From an uncultured Collinsella sp. (lineage in GTDB: Bacteria > Actinomycetota > Coriobacteriia > Coriobacteriales > Coriobacteriaceae), in assembly GCA_902495355.1 (NCBI GenBank), contig CABUWV010000007.1:33686-97685 (forward strand): a stretch of DNA of 64,000 bases, given 5' to 3'. The notes beneath the pieces are model-generated. The model searched no databases. It saw only the letters and a program-made list of their open reading frames with translations, and was not told where the DNA came from. Of the stretch, positions 1 to 8,304 are shown piece by piece. The position numbers and the translations under genes are program-made. Numbering within the stretch: the stretch's first letter is position 1; each line of letters starts with the position of its first letter.

Positions 1-75
1 ATGCCCGAGTTGCGTAATGCCGTTATGACCGGCATGAAAAAGCGCCGCGCGGAGCTAAAAAACGCCATCGGCTAG
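1..75 (+). CDS. 3' end of an upstream gene (last 24 codons only, product unknown)
   Basis: Frame +1 is open from the window edge (MPELRNAVMTGMKKRRAELKNAIG) to TAG at 73-75. Too short to classify. Confidence 0.3.
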   Translation: MPELRNAVMTGMKKRRAELKNAIG

Positions 76-197
76 CAAGTCTTTTGCTCCTCTACGATAC
101 CCGCGCTGCGGTGGTCTAGCGACTTCGTATTGCGCGGTTGAGTCAAAATGCTGGTACCATACCGTGGATAGCAGTTTTCACGGGTTTGGGGGATGGT

Positions 198-938
198 ATG
201 CCTACCATCGCAATCATCGGTGCACTCGAAAAAGAGGTTGCGCAGATTAAAGAAGAACTGAACGGCGCTCGTGTGGCACAAGAGGCGGGCTTGACCGTTG
301 TCAACGGCGAGCTCGACGGTTTGTCCGTTGTTGCTACGACCGCTGGCATGGGAACCGTAAACGCCGCGGCGGCAACGCAGCATCTCATCAGCAAATATGC
401 CCCGCAGGCCGTTGTGTTTTCGGGCATTGCGGGTGGCCTAAACCCTAAGCTCCATATTAACGACGTGGTTATAGGCAAGTGCCTGCGCTATCTCGATACT
501 GACACGGCGCTCATCGCCGAGTCGGCGCCGGGACTCGAGGAGTTTGTCTCGACGCCGGCGTTGGCTGATGTTGCCGCCGCCGTGCTTGCCGAGCATGGAT
601 TTGTGGATGCCTCGGCGGATGAGAATTCTGCGGAGAAGGACCCCAAGCAGTTCCTGTGTGGCACTATCGCCACGGGTGACCGCTTTGTTACGGGTGACGC
701 CATGCGTAACGCTGCGATTGAGGCCACGCATGCCGATTGCGTCGAGATGGAGGGCGCGGCAATTGCGCACATCGCGGCCAAGAATGGTGTCGATTGCCTG
801 GTGCTGCGCGCTATCAGCGATAATTGTGACGAGGCATATGACGCGTTTTGCGAGCGCGAGTTCGATCTGGATGAGTACGCTCGCACCGCGAGCGGCATCA
901 CGCTTGACATCGTTCGTCGTATCGCCGCCGCGCAATAG
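198..938 (+). CDS. mtnN: 5'-methylthioadenosine/S-adenosylhomocysteine nucleosidase
   Basis: MPTIAIIGALEKEV N-terminus, SGIAGGL, VEMEGAAIAH and RAISD motifs typical of Pfs/MtnN (PNP_UDP_1 fold). I take the ATG at 198 rather than the track start at 138 because family N-termini begin at the (M)xIxIIGA strand. Confidence 0.85.
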   Translation: MPTIAIIGALEKEVAQIKEELNGARVAQEAGLTVVNGELDGLSVVATTAGMGTVNAAAATQHLISKYAPQAVVFSGIAGGLNPKLHINDVVIGKCLRYLDTDTALIAESAPGLEEFVSTPALADVAAAVLAEHGFVDASADENSAEKDPKQFLCGTIATGDRFVTGDAMRNAAIEATHADCVEMEGAAIAHIAAKNGVDCLVLRAISDNCDEAYDAFCEREFDLDEYARTASGITLDIVRRIAAAQ

Positions 939-977
939 CACACCCGTTTTGTAAAAATCTACGACCAAGGAGTATCC

Positions 978-1568
978 ATGGCCGATTCCATTAACTATCA
1001 GCTTGCCAAGTTTGTTGCCAGCTACGGCAAGGTTTCGCAGATCCCCGAGTCCACCTGTCCCGAGGTGAGCTTTGTGGGCCGCTCCAATGTGGGCAAGTCG
1101 TCTATCATGAACAAACTCTTTGGCCGCAAGAACCTGGTCAAGGTTTCGAGCACGCCGGGCAAGACGAGCAACATCAATTTCTTCGAGGCCGACGACGTGC
1201 ACTTTGTGGACCTGCCGGGCTACGGTTTCGCCCGTCGTTCCAAGGCCGAGCGCGACCGCTGGGCCGAGCTTATCGGCGACTTCTTCGACTCAGAGCGCAG
1301 CTTTAACCTGGTTGTGTCGCTGGTGGACATTCGCCACGACCCCAGTAAACTCGACCATGACATGATCGACTACCTGCAGGGCAACGAGTTCAACTTTATC
1401 GTCTGCCTCACCAAAGCCGACAAGCTCAGCCGCACCCAGCAGGCCCGCCAGGCAGCAGCCATCAAAAAACAGCTCAACGTTCCGGCCGAGAACGTGATCA
1501 TCACAAGCTCCCAGACCGGTATCGGCATCGATGAACTAAAAAAGCGCATCGCCGAGGCCTGCCTCTAG
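978..1568 (+). CDS. engB: ribosome-biogenesis GTPase EngB/YsxC
   Basis: G1 GRSNVGKSS, G3 DLPGYG and G4 TKADK motifs, about 196 aa, typical EngB architecture. Confidence 0.9.
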   Translation: MADSINYQLAKFVASYGKVSQIPESTCPEVSFVGRSNVGKSSIMNKLFGRKNLVKVSSTPGKTSNINFFEADDVHFVDLPGYGFARRSKAERDRWAELIGDFFDSERSFNLVVSLVDIRHDPSKLDHDMIDYLQGNEFNFIVCLTKADKLSRTQQARQAAAIKKQLNVPAENVIITSSQTGIGIDELKKRIAEACL

Positions 1569-1644
1569 CAAGTGCTCCTTACCAGCAAGAGCCCCTGCCA
1601 ATAAAAATCAACTATCAGCTCGGCGCCCCTTCAAAGCGTGGGTC

Positions 1645-1831
1645 CCTGTAGACATCCTCAGCAAGGTAGGCGCAGGGACGGTCGGGATGTTCCCTCAAAA
1701 TCATTCCGCAGCGCGAAGGCCCCTTGTCCGTCGCTCCGTAGGAGCAGGGCAAGGGGCCTTCATGCGCGAGGACGATTATGAGGGAACATCCCGACCGTCC
1801 CGGACAGGTATATGGGGAGGATGTCTACAGG
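1645..1831. repeat. three-tier nested palindrome (long imperfect hairpin) between convergent engB and thrB
   Basis: Complementary arms 1645-1659/1817-1831, 1675-1697/1779-1801 and 1715-1726/1750-1761, read directly. The outer arm overlaps the thrB stop codon. Confidence 0.8.
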
Positions 1832-2706
1832 TACTCGATTTGAGCGCCCTCGGTGTCGCACGTCAGAATGTGCGTGTCACACTTGGGGAACTGCTCGCGC
1901 AGCTTGACCTGCAGGAACTTCGCCACGATGGTGTCGTCAGTCACGGCCATGAGGGTCGAGCCGGAGCCACTGATCCAGATGGTCTTGGCGCCTCCGTTAA
2001 GGCAGGTGTCGCGCACGGCGTTGTAGTCGGGGATGAGGCGGCGGCGATAGGGCTCCTGGATGCGGTCGTCGTTGGCGGCGGCAATCAGGTCGAGGTCACC
2101 AGTCTCCAGGCCGCGCGTCATGCCGGCGATGCGGCCCATTTGCCATACGGCGGTGGAGAGTGGAATCTCCTGTGGCACAACCTTGCGGGCCTCGCTCGTA
2201 TGCACCTCGTAGGGCGGAATCACGGTAATAAAACGCAAGCGATCGCTCACCTCATAGCGCAGGCACTGGGGGAGCGAATCAGTCGGCGTAAAGGAGCAGA
2301 CGGCGCCGCCCAGGATGGCGGGGGCGACGTTATCGGGATGGCCCTCGACCTCGGTGGCGATGCGGACGAGTTCGGCGCGGTCGACGGTGTGGCCTGTCAG
2401 CGCGGCGGCAGCCATGATGCCGGCGACGACGCAGGTGGAGCTGGAACCCAGGCCGCGGGCGACGGGCACGTCGGTCTGAATGTCGATAGCGACGGGGAAG
2501 GCCGGCTCGCCCCAGGCGGCCAGAGCATCGACAAAGCTCACATAGACCAGGTTATTCTCGTTTTGAAACTCCTCGGGGCAGCCCGTGATGGTGAGCTTGT
2601 CGGCACGCTCAAAGGTAAAGTGCGAGTAGAGGCTGACGGCCATGCCGAGGGTATCGTATCCAATGCCCAAGTTGGCGCTGGTTGCTGGGACGGTGATTTT
2701 GATCAT
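1825..2706 (-). CDS. thrB: homoserine kinase
   Basis: MIKITVPATSANLGIGYD and GLGSSS (GHMP kinase) motifs. The start is moved to the ATG at 2706; the track extension up to 2778 runs through an intergenic palindrome. Confidence 0.9.
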   Translation of the reverse strand: MIKITVPATSANLGIGYDTLGMAVSLYSHFTFERADKLTITGCPEEFQNENNLVYVSFVDALAAWGEPAFPVAIDIQTDVPVARGLGSSSTCVVAGIMAAAALTGHTVDRAELVRIATEVEGHPDNVAPAILGGAVCSFTPTDSLPQCLRYEVSDRLRFITVIPPYEVHTSEARKVVPQEIPLSTAVWQMGRIAGMTRGLETGDLDLIAAANDDRIQEPYRRRLIPDYNAVRDTCLNGGAKTIWISGSGSTLMAVTDDTIVAKFLQVKLREQFPKCDTHILTCDTEGAQIEYL

Positions 2707-2720
2707 GTGGGTCCTCCTGG

Positions 2721-2832
2721 GCGGGTCTGGCCGTTTAGTTCGCTGCTCGGGCAGTCCTGGCTCGCTCGGAAAGCACATTAAGTGCTTTCCGGCTTGTGCG
2801 GAACTCGCGACGAACTAAACGGCCAGACCCGC
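2721..2832. repeat. nested palindrome in the thrC-thrB spacer
   Basis: 22-bp arms GCGGGTCTGGCCGTTTAGTTCG (2721-2742) and CGAACTAAACGGCCAGACCCGC (2811-2832). Inner stem GGAAAGCAC/GTGCTTTCC at 2768-2776/2782-2790. Confidence 0.8.
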
Positions 2833-2907
2833 TCGCATGCTCGTCATTATCCCGAAAGCTAAATAAAAAGAAGGTGCGCCGGCTTTCGCCGGCGCTTAAT
2901 AAGGGAT

Positions 2908-4425
2908 CTAGTCGGTGCTCATTCGTTTTGCTGCAGACTCGACGTAGCCGGCCATCTCATCGACGTCGCAGACGTCTTCGAAGCGGACGGGTTTGGATTC
3001 GAGTTCGGCGAGCTGGGTCGGGGCGACCGTGTTGGTGGCCTGCTCGAGTACGCGCATAGCCTCAAAATCATCCTCGGGAACGTCGAGGCCCAGGGCGTCG
3101 CAGCAGGCGCGCGGGAACTTGTAGGGGCTGGCGGTCGAAAGCAGCACGCGAGCCTTGGCGCCCTCGGCGGGAGCGACCTTTTCAAAGACGTGATAGCCGC
3201 AAGCGGTGTGCGGGTCGATCACGTAGCCGTTGGCGTCCCAGCAACTCTTGATGGCAGCGCGGACCTCGTCCTCGCTGGCCCAGCCGCAGCCAAAGACGCT
3301 CTGAATCTTGGCCAGCAGCTCGGCGGGTACCTCGTAGCGACCGGTCTGTGCCAACTGCTCCATAAGGCCGGCAACGAGTTCGCAGTCGCCATCGGACAGG
3401 AAGTACAGCATGCGCTCCAGGTTAGAGCTGATGAGGATGTCCATCGACGGCGAGATGGTCGTGAAGAACGGGCGGTTACGGTCGTAGACGCCGGTGGTCA
3501 GGAAGTCGGCAAGCACGTTGTTCTTGTCGCTCGCGACGATGAGCTTGGCGACGGGCAGGCCCATGCGCTTGGCGTAGTAGCCGGCCAAGATATCGCCAAA
3601 GTTGCCGGTGGGCACACAGAACTCTACGGCGTCGCCAGCCTCGATAGCGCCGGCGCGCAGCAGCTGCGCATAGGCGGCAAAGTAGTAGACGACCTGCGGT
3701 ACCAGACGGCCGACATTGATAGAGTTGGCGCTCGAAAGCACCGTGCCGGCGGCTTCCAGGCGCTCGGCAAGCTCCTTATCGGCAAAGATGCGCTTGACGG
3801 CGCTCTGGGCGTCGTCAAAGTTGCCGCGGATGCCGCAGACGGCGACGTTGTCGCCCTCCTGCGTGGACATCTGCAGGTTCTGGACGCGGCTAACCTTGCC
3901 CTCGGGATAAAAGACGGTGATGCCTGTGCCCGGAGCGTCGGCAAAACCGGCGAGTGCGGCCTTGCCGGTGTCGCCCGACGTGGCAGTGACGATCATGATG
4001 CGCTCGGAGCCGCCGTCCTTGGCGGAAGTGCGGGCCATGAGACGGGGAAGCATTTGCAGGGCGACATCCTTAAAGGCGCTCGTGGGGCCGCCAAAGAGCT
4101 CCATCACATAGGTCTGAGGGGCGTCAGCGCCCGGCGCAGCGTCGAGTTTGACGAGCGGCGTAACCTCTTCACTCGCGAACGTGCCGCGGTATGCTTCGTC
4201 GACACACGCCGAAATTTCTTCGGCCGTGTAATCATTCAGTAACATTCCCAACACATCTTGAGCGATTTCAAAGTACGATTTATCTGCAAGCGAGCTGATA
4301 TCGACCTGCTGGGTGCCGAGCTCGTCCGAGACAAACAGACCCCCGTCGGGAGCGATGCCGGTACGGATTGCCACCTTACTTGAGCACGATAAAGTGCGTC
4401 CTCGTGTACTATGATAAGTTCCCAT
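2908..4425 (-). CDS. thrC: threonine synthase (long form)
   Basis: YHSTRG N-terminal motif and the PLP-lysine motif TSAFKD. ATG at 4425 is preceded by GAGGAG. Confidence 0.9.
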   Translation of the reverse strand: MGTYHSTRGRTLSCSSKVAIRTGIAPDGGLFVSDELGTQQVDISSLADKSYFEIAQDVLGMLLNDYTAEEISACVDEAYRGTFASEEVTPLVKLDAAPGADAPQTYVMELFGGPTSAFKDVALQMLPRLMARTSAKDGGSERIMIVTATSGDTGKAALAGFADAPGTGITVFYPEGKVSRVQNLQMSTQEGDNVAVCGIRGNFDDAQSAVKRIFADKELAERLEAAGTVLSSANSINVGRLVPQVVYYFAAYAQLLRAGAIEAGDAVEFCVPTGNFGDILAGYYAKRMGLPVAKLIVASDKNNVLADFLTTGVYDRNRPFFTTISPSMDILISSNLERMLYFLSDGDCELVAGLMEQLAQTGRYEVPAELLAKIQSVFGCGWASEDEVRAAIKSCWDANGYVIDPHTACGYHVFEKVAPAEGAKARVLLSTASPYKFPRACCDALGLDVPEDDFEAMRVLEQATNTVAPTQLAELESKPVRFEDVCDVDEMAGYVESAAKRMSTD

Positions 4426-4529
4426 ATAACACTGCTCCTCGGATGCCTTGGTCCCAATCGGTGAAACCATGGTATCAGAGCGTGCAAAATAGGTTCGCAG
4501 AGGCTTTTTAGAAAGGTAACCTCCAGCCC

Positions 4530-5918
4530 ATGATTAAGATTGCCAAGTTTGGCGGCTCGTCGGTCGCCGACGCCGAACACTTCAAGAAGATCAAGGCCAT
4601 CGTCGATGCCGACCCGGCTCGCCGTTTTGTGGTGGTTTCCGCCTGCGGTCGCCGTTTTAAGGGTGACACCAAGGTGACCGACCTGCTCTATCTGGTCAAT
4701 GCGCACGTTAAGTACCACGTGTCGTGTGAGGAGCTGCTTGAGGACATTGGCCAGCGCTATTTTGATATCGCTGACGAGCTGGAGCTCACCTATCCCATCC
4801 GTGAGGAGTTCGCGGCCTTTGCCGAGCGCGCCCGCTCGGGCGGTTACTCCACCGAGGAGCTCGTGAGCCGCGGTGAGTACTTCACCGCTCGCCTGATGGC
4901 CGAGTACCTGGGCCTGCCGTTCCTGGATGCCGCGACGGTCGTTGCGTTCCATCACGACGGTACGCTCAGCATGAACCGCACCTCCGAGCTGGTGCAGGAG
5001 TACGGTCAGCAGGGCGGCTTTGTTATGCCCGGTTTCTACGGCGCGACGCGTGAGGGCCAGATCAAGCTGCTCGATCGTGGCGGCGGCGATATCTCGGGCT
5101 CGATTTTGGCTAAGTGCCTGGGCGCCGACCTATACGAGAACTGGACCGACGTCTCGGGTTTCTATTCTGCGGATCCGCGTATTGTTCCGGAGGCTCAGCC
5201 CATTGCGCGCGTTACCTACGAGGAGCTGCGCGAGCTTTCGTACATGGGCGCAAGCGTCCTGCACGAGGAAGCCGTGTTTCCCGTGCGCGAGGCAGGCATT
5301 CCGCTGGTCATCAAGAACACCAATGCGCCGCAGGACCCCGGCACCATCATTAGCGAGACGGCTGATGAAGGCGAGGCGGAGCCCATCATTACCGGCGTGA
5401 CCGGCAAGCGCGGTTTTGTCGCCATCAACGTCGCCCGCGACCGCACCAAGCCCCGCGTCGGCTTTATGCGCCGTGCGCTTTCGGTGTTCGAGCGCTATGA
5501 CGTTTCCGTCGAGCACATGCCCACCGGTGTCGACCGCTTTGGCGCCGTGGTGCAGGAGCAGGATGTGCACGATTCACTGTACTCACTCGTGGGCGACATC
5601 CAGCAGGAGGTCGAACCGCTCGAGATCGAGGTTGTCGAGGGCTTGGCGCTCATCGCTACCGTCGGCCGCAACCTGCGCGGTCGTGCAGGTATCTCGGGCC
5701 ATCTGTTTGGCATGCTCGGCCAGGCCGGCGTGAGCGTGCGTATGATTTCGCAGAGCTGTGACGAGATCAACATCATTATCGGTGTCGAGGAGAAGGACTT
5801 CGACCTAGCGATTCGGACCATTTACCGTGCCTTCTCCGATGAGAACGGCATTGTGAAGGTCTCCGACCTGGAGGCTCCCGCGCCGGTCGATCCCGCTCTG
5901 GCCGCGCTCAAAAAGTAG
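4530..5918 (+). CDS. ask: aspartate kinase
   Basis: MIKIAKFGGSSV N-terminus, amino-acid kinase fold, C-terminal ACT-like region (LIATVGRNL...ISQSCDEINI). Confidence 0.9.
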   Translation: MIKIAKFGGSSVADAEHFKKIKAIVDADPARRFVVVSACGRRFKGDTKVTDLLYLVNAHVKYHVSCEELLEDIGQRYFDIADELELTYPIREEFAAFAERARSGGYSTEELVSRGEYFTARLMAEYLGLPFLDAATVVAFHHDGTLSMNRTSELVQEYGQQGGFVMPGFYGATREGQIKLLDRGGGDISGSILAKCLGADLYENWTDVSGFYSADPRIVPEAQPIARVTYEELRELSYMGASVLHEEAVFPVREAGIPLVIKNTNAPQDPGTIISETADEGEAEPIITGVTGKRGFVAINVARDRTKPRVGFMRRALSVFERYDVSVEHMPTGVDRFGAVVQEQDVHDSLYSLVGDIQQEVEPLEIEVVEGLALIATVGRNLRGRAGISGHLFGMLGQAGVSVRMISQSCDEINIIIGVEEKDFDLAIRTIYRAFSDENGIVKVSDLEAPAPVDPALAALKK

Positions 5919-5990
5919 CGACTGCTCGGTAGATTTTTGGGTCATGTCTCAAAAAACTAAGGCGGGGCGTTTCGTTTCGGTTTCGTTTCG

Positions 5991-6023
5991 ACGGGGCGGG
6001 TTTCGTGTCCGCCCCGTTCTTGT
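5991..6023 (+). terminator. hairpin downstream of ask (ACGGGGCGG-loop-CCGCCCCGT, then TCTTGT)
   Basis: 9-bp GC stem at 5991-5999/6009-6017. The U-tract is weak. An upstream CGGGGCG at 5963-5969 could pair alternatively. Confidence 0.45.
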
Positions 6024-6091
6024 ATACACTGGCAACAATATTCGGCCTGCTTGGCGTGCGGGCGATAGCCACAACCTTTAAAGGGGGAAGC

Positions 6092-7117
6092 ATGAAACAG
6101 TACACGGTTGCTATTTTGGGCGCCACGGGAGCCGTGGGCACCCAGATGCTCGAGTGCCTCAACGAGCAGGAGTTTCCGGTCGGTAAGCTCAAGCTGCTAG
6201 CGAGCGCGCGCTCTGCAGGCAAGACCGTTGAGTTCCGCGGCGAGCAGGTTGTGATTGAGGAGGCTTGCCCCGAGGCCTTTGAGGGCTGCGACATCGTACT
6301 CGGCGCCGCCGGCGACGATATCGCCAAGGAGCTGCTGCCTGAGGCCGTCAAGCGCGGCGCCGTCGTAGTCGATAACAGCCACGCCTTCCGCATGGATCCC
6401 GAGGTGCCGCTGGTCGTGCCCGAGATCAATGCCGATGACATTGAGTGGCACCACGGCCTGATTGCCAACCCCAACTGCGCGACTATCATCGGCCTGGTTC
6501 CCACCTGGCCGCTGCACCAGCTTGCCGGCGTGAAGCGTATGATCGTGTCCACGTATCAGGCAGCTTCGGGCGCTGGCGCGCCCGGTATGGCCGAGCTCGA
6601 GGCTCAGCTGGCCGCTCTGGGCCGTGACGAGGAGATTCCCGAGCCGCGCGCCTTTGCCGCCCAGCTGGCGAGCAACCTGATTCCGCAGATTGGCGGCGTC
6701 AAGGAGGAGGGCTTTACCTCCGAGGAGATGAAGTTGCAAAACGAGGGCCGCAAGATCATGCACCTGCCCGAGCTGCGCGTGAACTGCACCTGTGTGCGCG
6801 TGCCGGTGCTGCGTTCGCACTCCGAGAGCATTACGCTCGAGTTTGAGCGCGACATCACGGTGGAAGAGGCCCGCGCTGCGCTGGCTGCCGCTCCGGGCGT
6901 GAAGCTCGTTGACGACATGGGCGCCGAGGATGCGCACGACCGCTTCCCCATGCCGATGGACACCTCCGACCAGGACCTGATTTGGGTCGGTCGCGTACGC
7001 CGCGACATCTCGAACCCCGAGGCCGCGCGTGGCATCACCTTCTGGTGCTGCGGCGACCAAATCCGTAAGGGCGCGGCAACCAACGCCGTCCAGATCGCTA
7101 AGCTGCTCTGCGAGTAG
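6092..7117 (+). CDS. asd: aspartate-semialdehyde dehydrogenase
   Basis: MKQYTVAILGATGAVG Rossmann N-terminus and the active-site region IANPNCATI. ATG at 6092 follows AAGGGGGAAG. Confidence 0.9.
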   Translation: MKQYTVAILGATGAVGTQMLECLNEQEFPVGKLKLLASARSAGKTVEFRGEQVVIEEACPEAFEGCDIVLGAAGDDIAKELLPEAVKRGAVVVDNSHAFRMDPEVPLVVPEINADDIEWHHGLIANPNCATIIGLVPTWPLHQLAGVKRMIVSTYQAASGAGAPGMAELEAQLAALGRDEEIPEPRAFAAQLASNLIPQIGGVKEEGFTSEEMKLQNEGRKIMHLPELRVNCTCVRVPVLRSHSESITLEFERDITVEEARAALAAAPGVKLVDDMGAEDAHDRFPMPMDTSDQDLIWVGRVRRDISNPEAARGITFWCCGDQIRKGAATNAVQIAKLLCE

Positions 7118-7129
7118 TGTGACCTGTCC

Positions 7130-7259
7130 GGCGGGGGCCGGGCTTAGTTTTCAGAACGTCCTCGACCATGTGTGGCGCCTTGTCCTGCTCCTTCGGAGCC
7201 GCGGACAAGGCGCCACACTGGTCTGCGGAGTGTTCTGAAAGCTAAGCCCGGCCCCCGCC
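7130..7259. repeat. nested palindrome downstream of asd
   Basis: 28-bp arms at 7130-7157/7232-7259 and 16-bp inner arms at 7170-7185/7203-7218. The core at 7178-7210 resembles the core of the 1645-1831 element. Confidence 0.8.
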
Positions 7260-7519
7260 TGCGGTGACTCGGCTGCGAGCAGTCTGCGATGGGGCCGTTG
7301 TTGGTTGGGGCCGCTGGCCTGATGTGGGGGCGCGCGGCTGTTGCGGGCCCTGGTCCCGGTGGCGGCCTCGGCGCTTTGCGCCTGCCGCCTTTGGGGACTG
7401 TGGGGCGCGGCCGGCAGCTGCGGCGCTTCGCGCCTGCTGCCTGAGGTGACTTTGGGGTCGATTGGGGTTGTCTGCACAATTCGCGGTATTATGTTGCGGA
7501 GTTTTGAAAGGAGCCGCTG

Positions 7520-8098
7520 GTGGTCACGACGACGTTTGCTTCGCCTTTGGGCGAAATCCTGCTTGCCGCTGATGGCCGCGGTTTGACGGGGCTTTGGTTT
7601 GAGGGGCAGGAGCACTTCGGCTCCACGCTTCTCAAAGAAGATCCCGAACATGTTGAAGGCGCCGATGCGGTTTCTGGTGCTGGCGGCATGTCTTCGGTGA
7701 ATCCGACAAACGGTGCTGCCTCGTCGGTACTTGAGCGTTCTTGGGCTTGGCTGAATGCTTATTTTGCGGGGCAGGAGCCTCGGTTTACGCCGCCGTTGCA
7801 TATGATTGGTACGGCGTTTCAGCGCGAGGTTTGGTTTGAGCTGCTTTCTATCCCGCGTGGCGAGGTCGCTACGTATGGTGAGATCGCCCAGCGTGTTGCG
7901 GCTCGACATCGTGTACCGGGAAACGAAGCACCCGTTGCGTCTCCCCGTGCCGTGGGGGCCGCGGTCGCGCGTAATCCCATTTCGATTATTGTGCCGTGCC
8001 ATCGCGTGGTTGCCGCCGATGGTTCGCTCAACGGATATGCCGGCGGCCTCGACCGCAAGGAGTGGCTGCTGCGGCTTGAGGGCGCGTACGAGGAGTAA
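7520..8098 (+). CDS. ogt: methylated-DNA--protein-cysteine methyltransferase
   Basis: Active-site PCHRVV motif and the helix-turn-wing region ATYGEIAQRV. GTG start lies 6 nt after GAAAGGAG. Confidence 0.85.
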   Translation: MVTTTFASPLGEILLAADGRGLTGLWFEGQEHFGSTLLKEDPEHVEGADAVSGAGGMSSVNPTNGAASSVLERSWAWLNAYFAGQEPRFTPPLHMIGTAFQREVWFELLSIPRGEVATYGEIAQRVAARHRVPGNEAPVASPRAVGAAVARNPISIIVPCHRVVAADGSLNGYAGGLDRKEWLLRLEGAYEE

Positions 8099-8138
8099 CG
8101 CTCGAGCACTTTGCATAGCCAAGATGCCGTGAAAGAAC

Positions 8139-8290
8139 GGGACATGCTTTCCGAATGGAGGCTCAGACGGAAACTACGTCCCGGAATTCCGTTTTAAAGC
8201 GGGATGCGCTTTCCGAATGGCGTTCCAAGCGGAAACCGTGTCCCGGAATACAGCCTCAGAGTGGGACGCCGTTTCCGGCTGAGACCACCT
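8139..8290. repeat. about 2.5 tandem copies of a 62-bp hairpin-forming unit
   Basis: Units start at 8139, 8201 and 8263 (GGGAC/GGGAT). Each contains CTTTCCG...CGGAAAC and GGGAC...GTCCC pairings. Confidence 0.75.
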
Positions 8291-8304
8291 GCCTGGACAT
8301 CGAT

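Noticed and set aside
7291-7467. Seven runs of four or more G on the plus strand upstream of ogt (G-quadruplex candidate)
   Set aside because: Most spacings between runs are long (12, 15, 62, 5, 48 and 6 nt), so no compact four-run G4 motif exists. This is ordinary for GC-rich non-coding DNA.
7151-8122. 323-aa minus-strand ORF spanning the asd-ogt intergenic region and ogt
   Set aside because: Arg/Pro-rich translation. It covers a palindromic repeat and the antisense of ogt (PCHRVV on the plus strand). No support as a gene.
8139-8290. Possible CRISPR array (regularly spaced repeats)
   Set aside because: The units are contiguous 62-bp tandem repeats without unique spacers. There are only 2.5 copies and no cas genes or leader.
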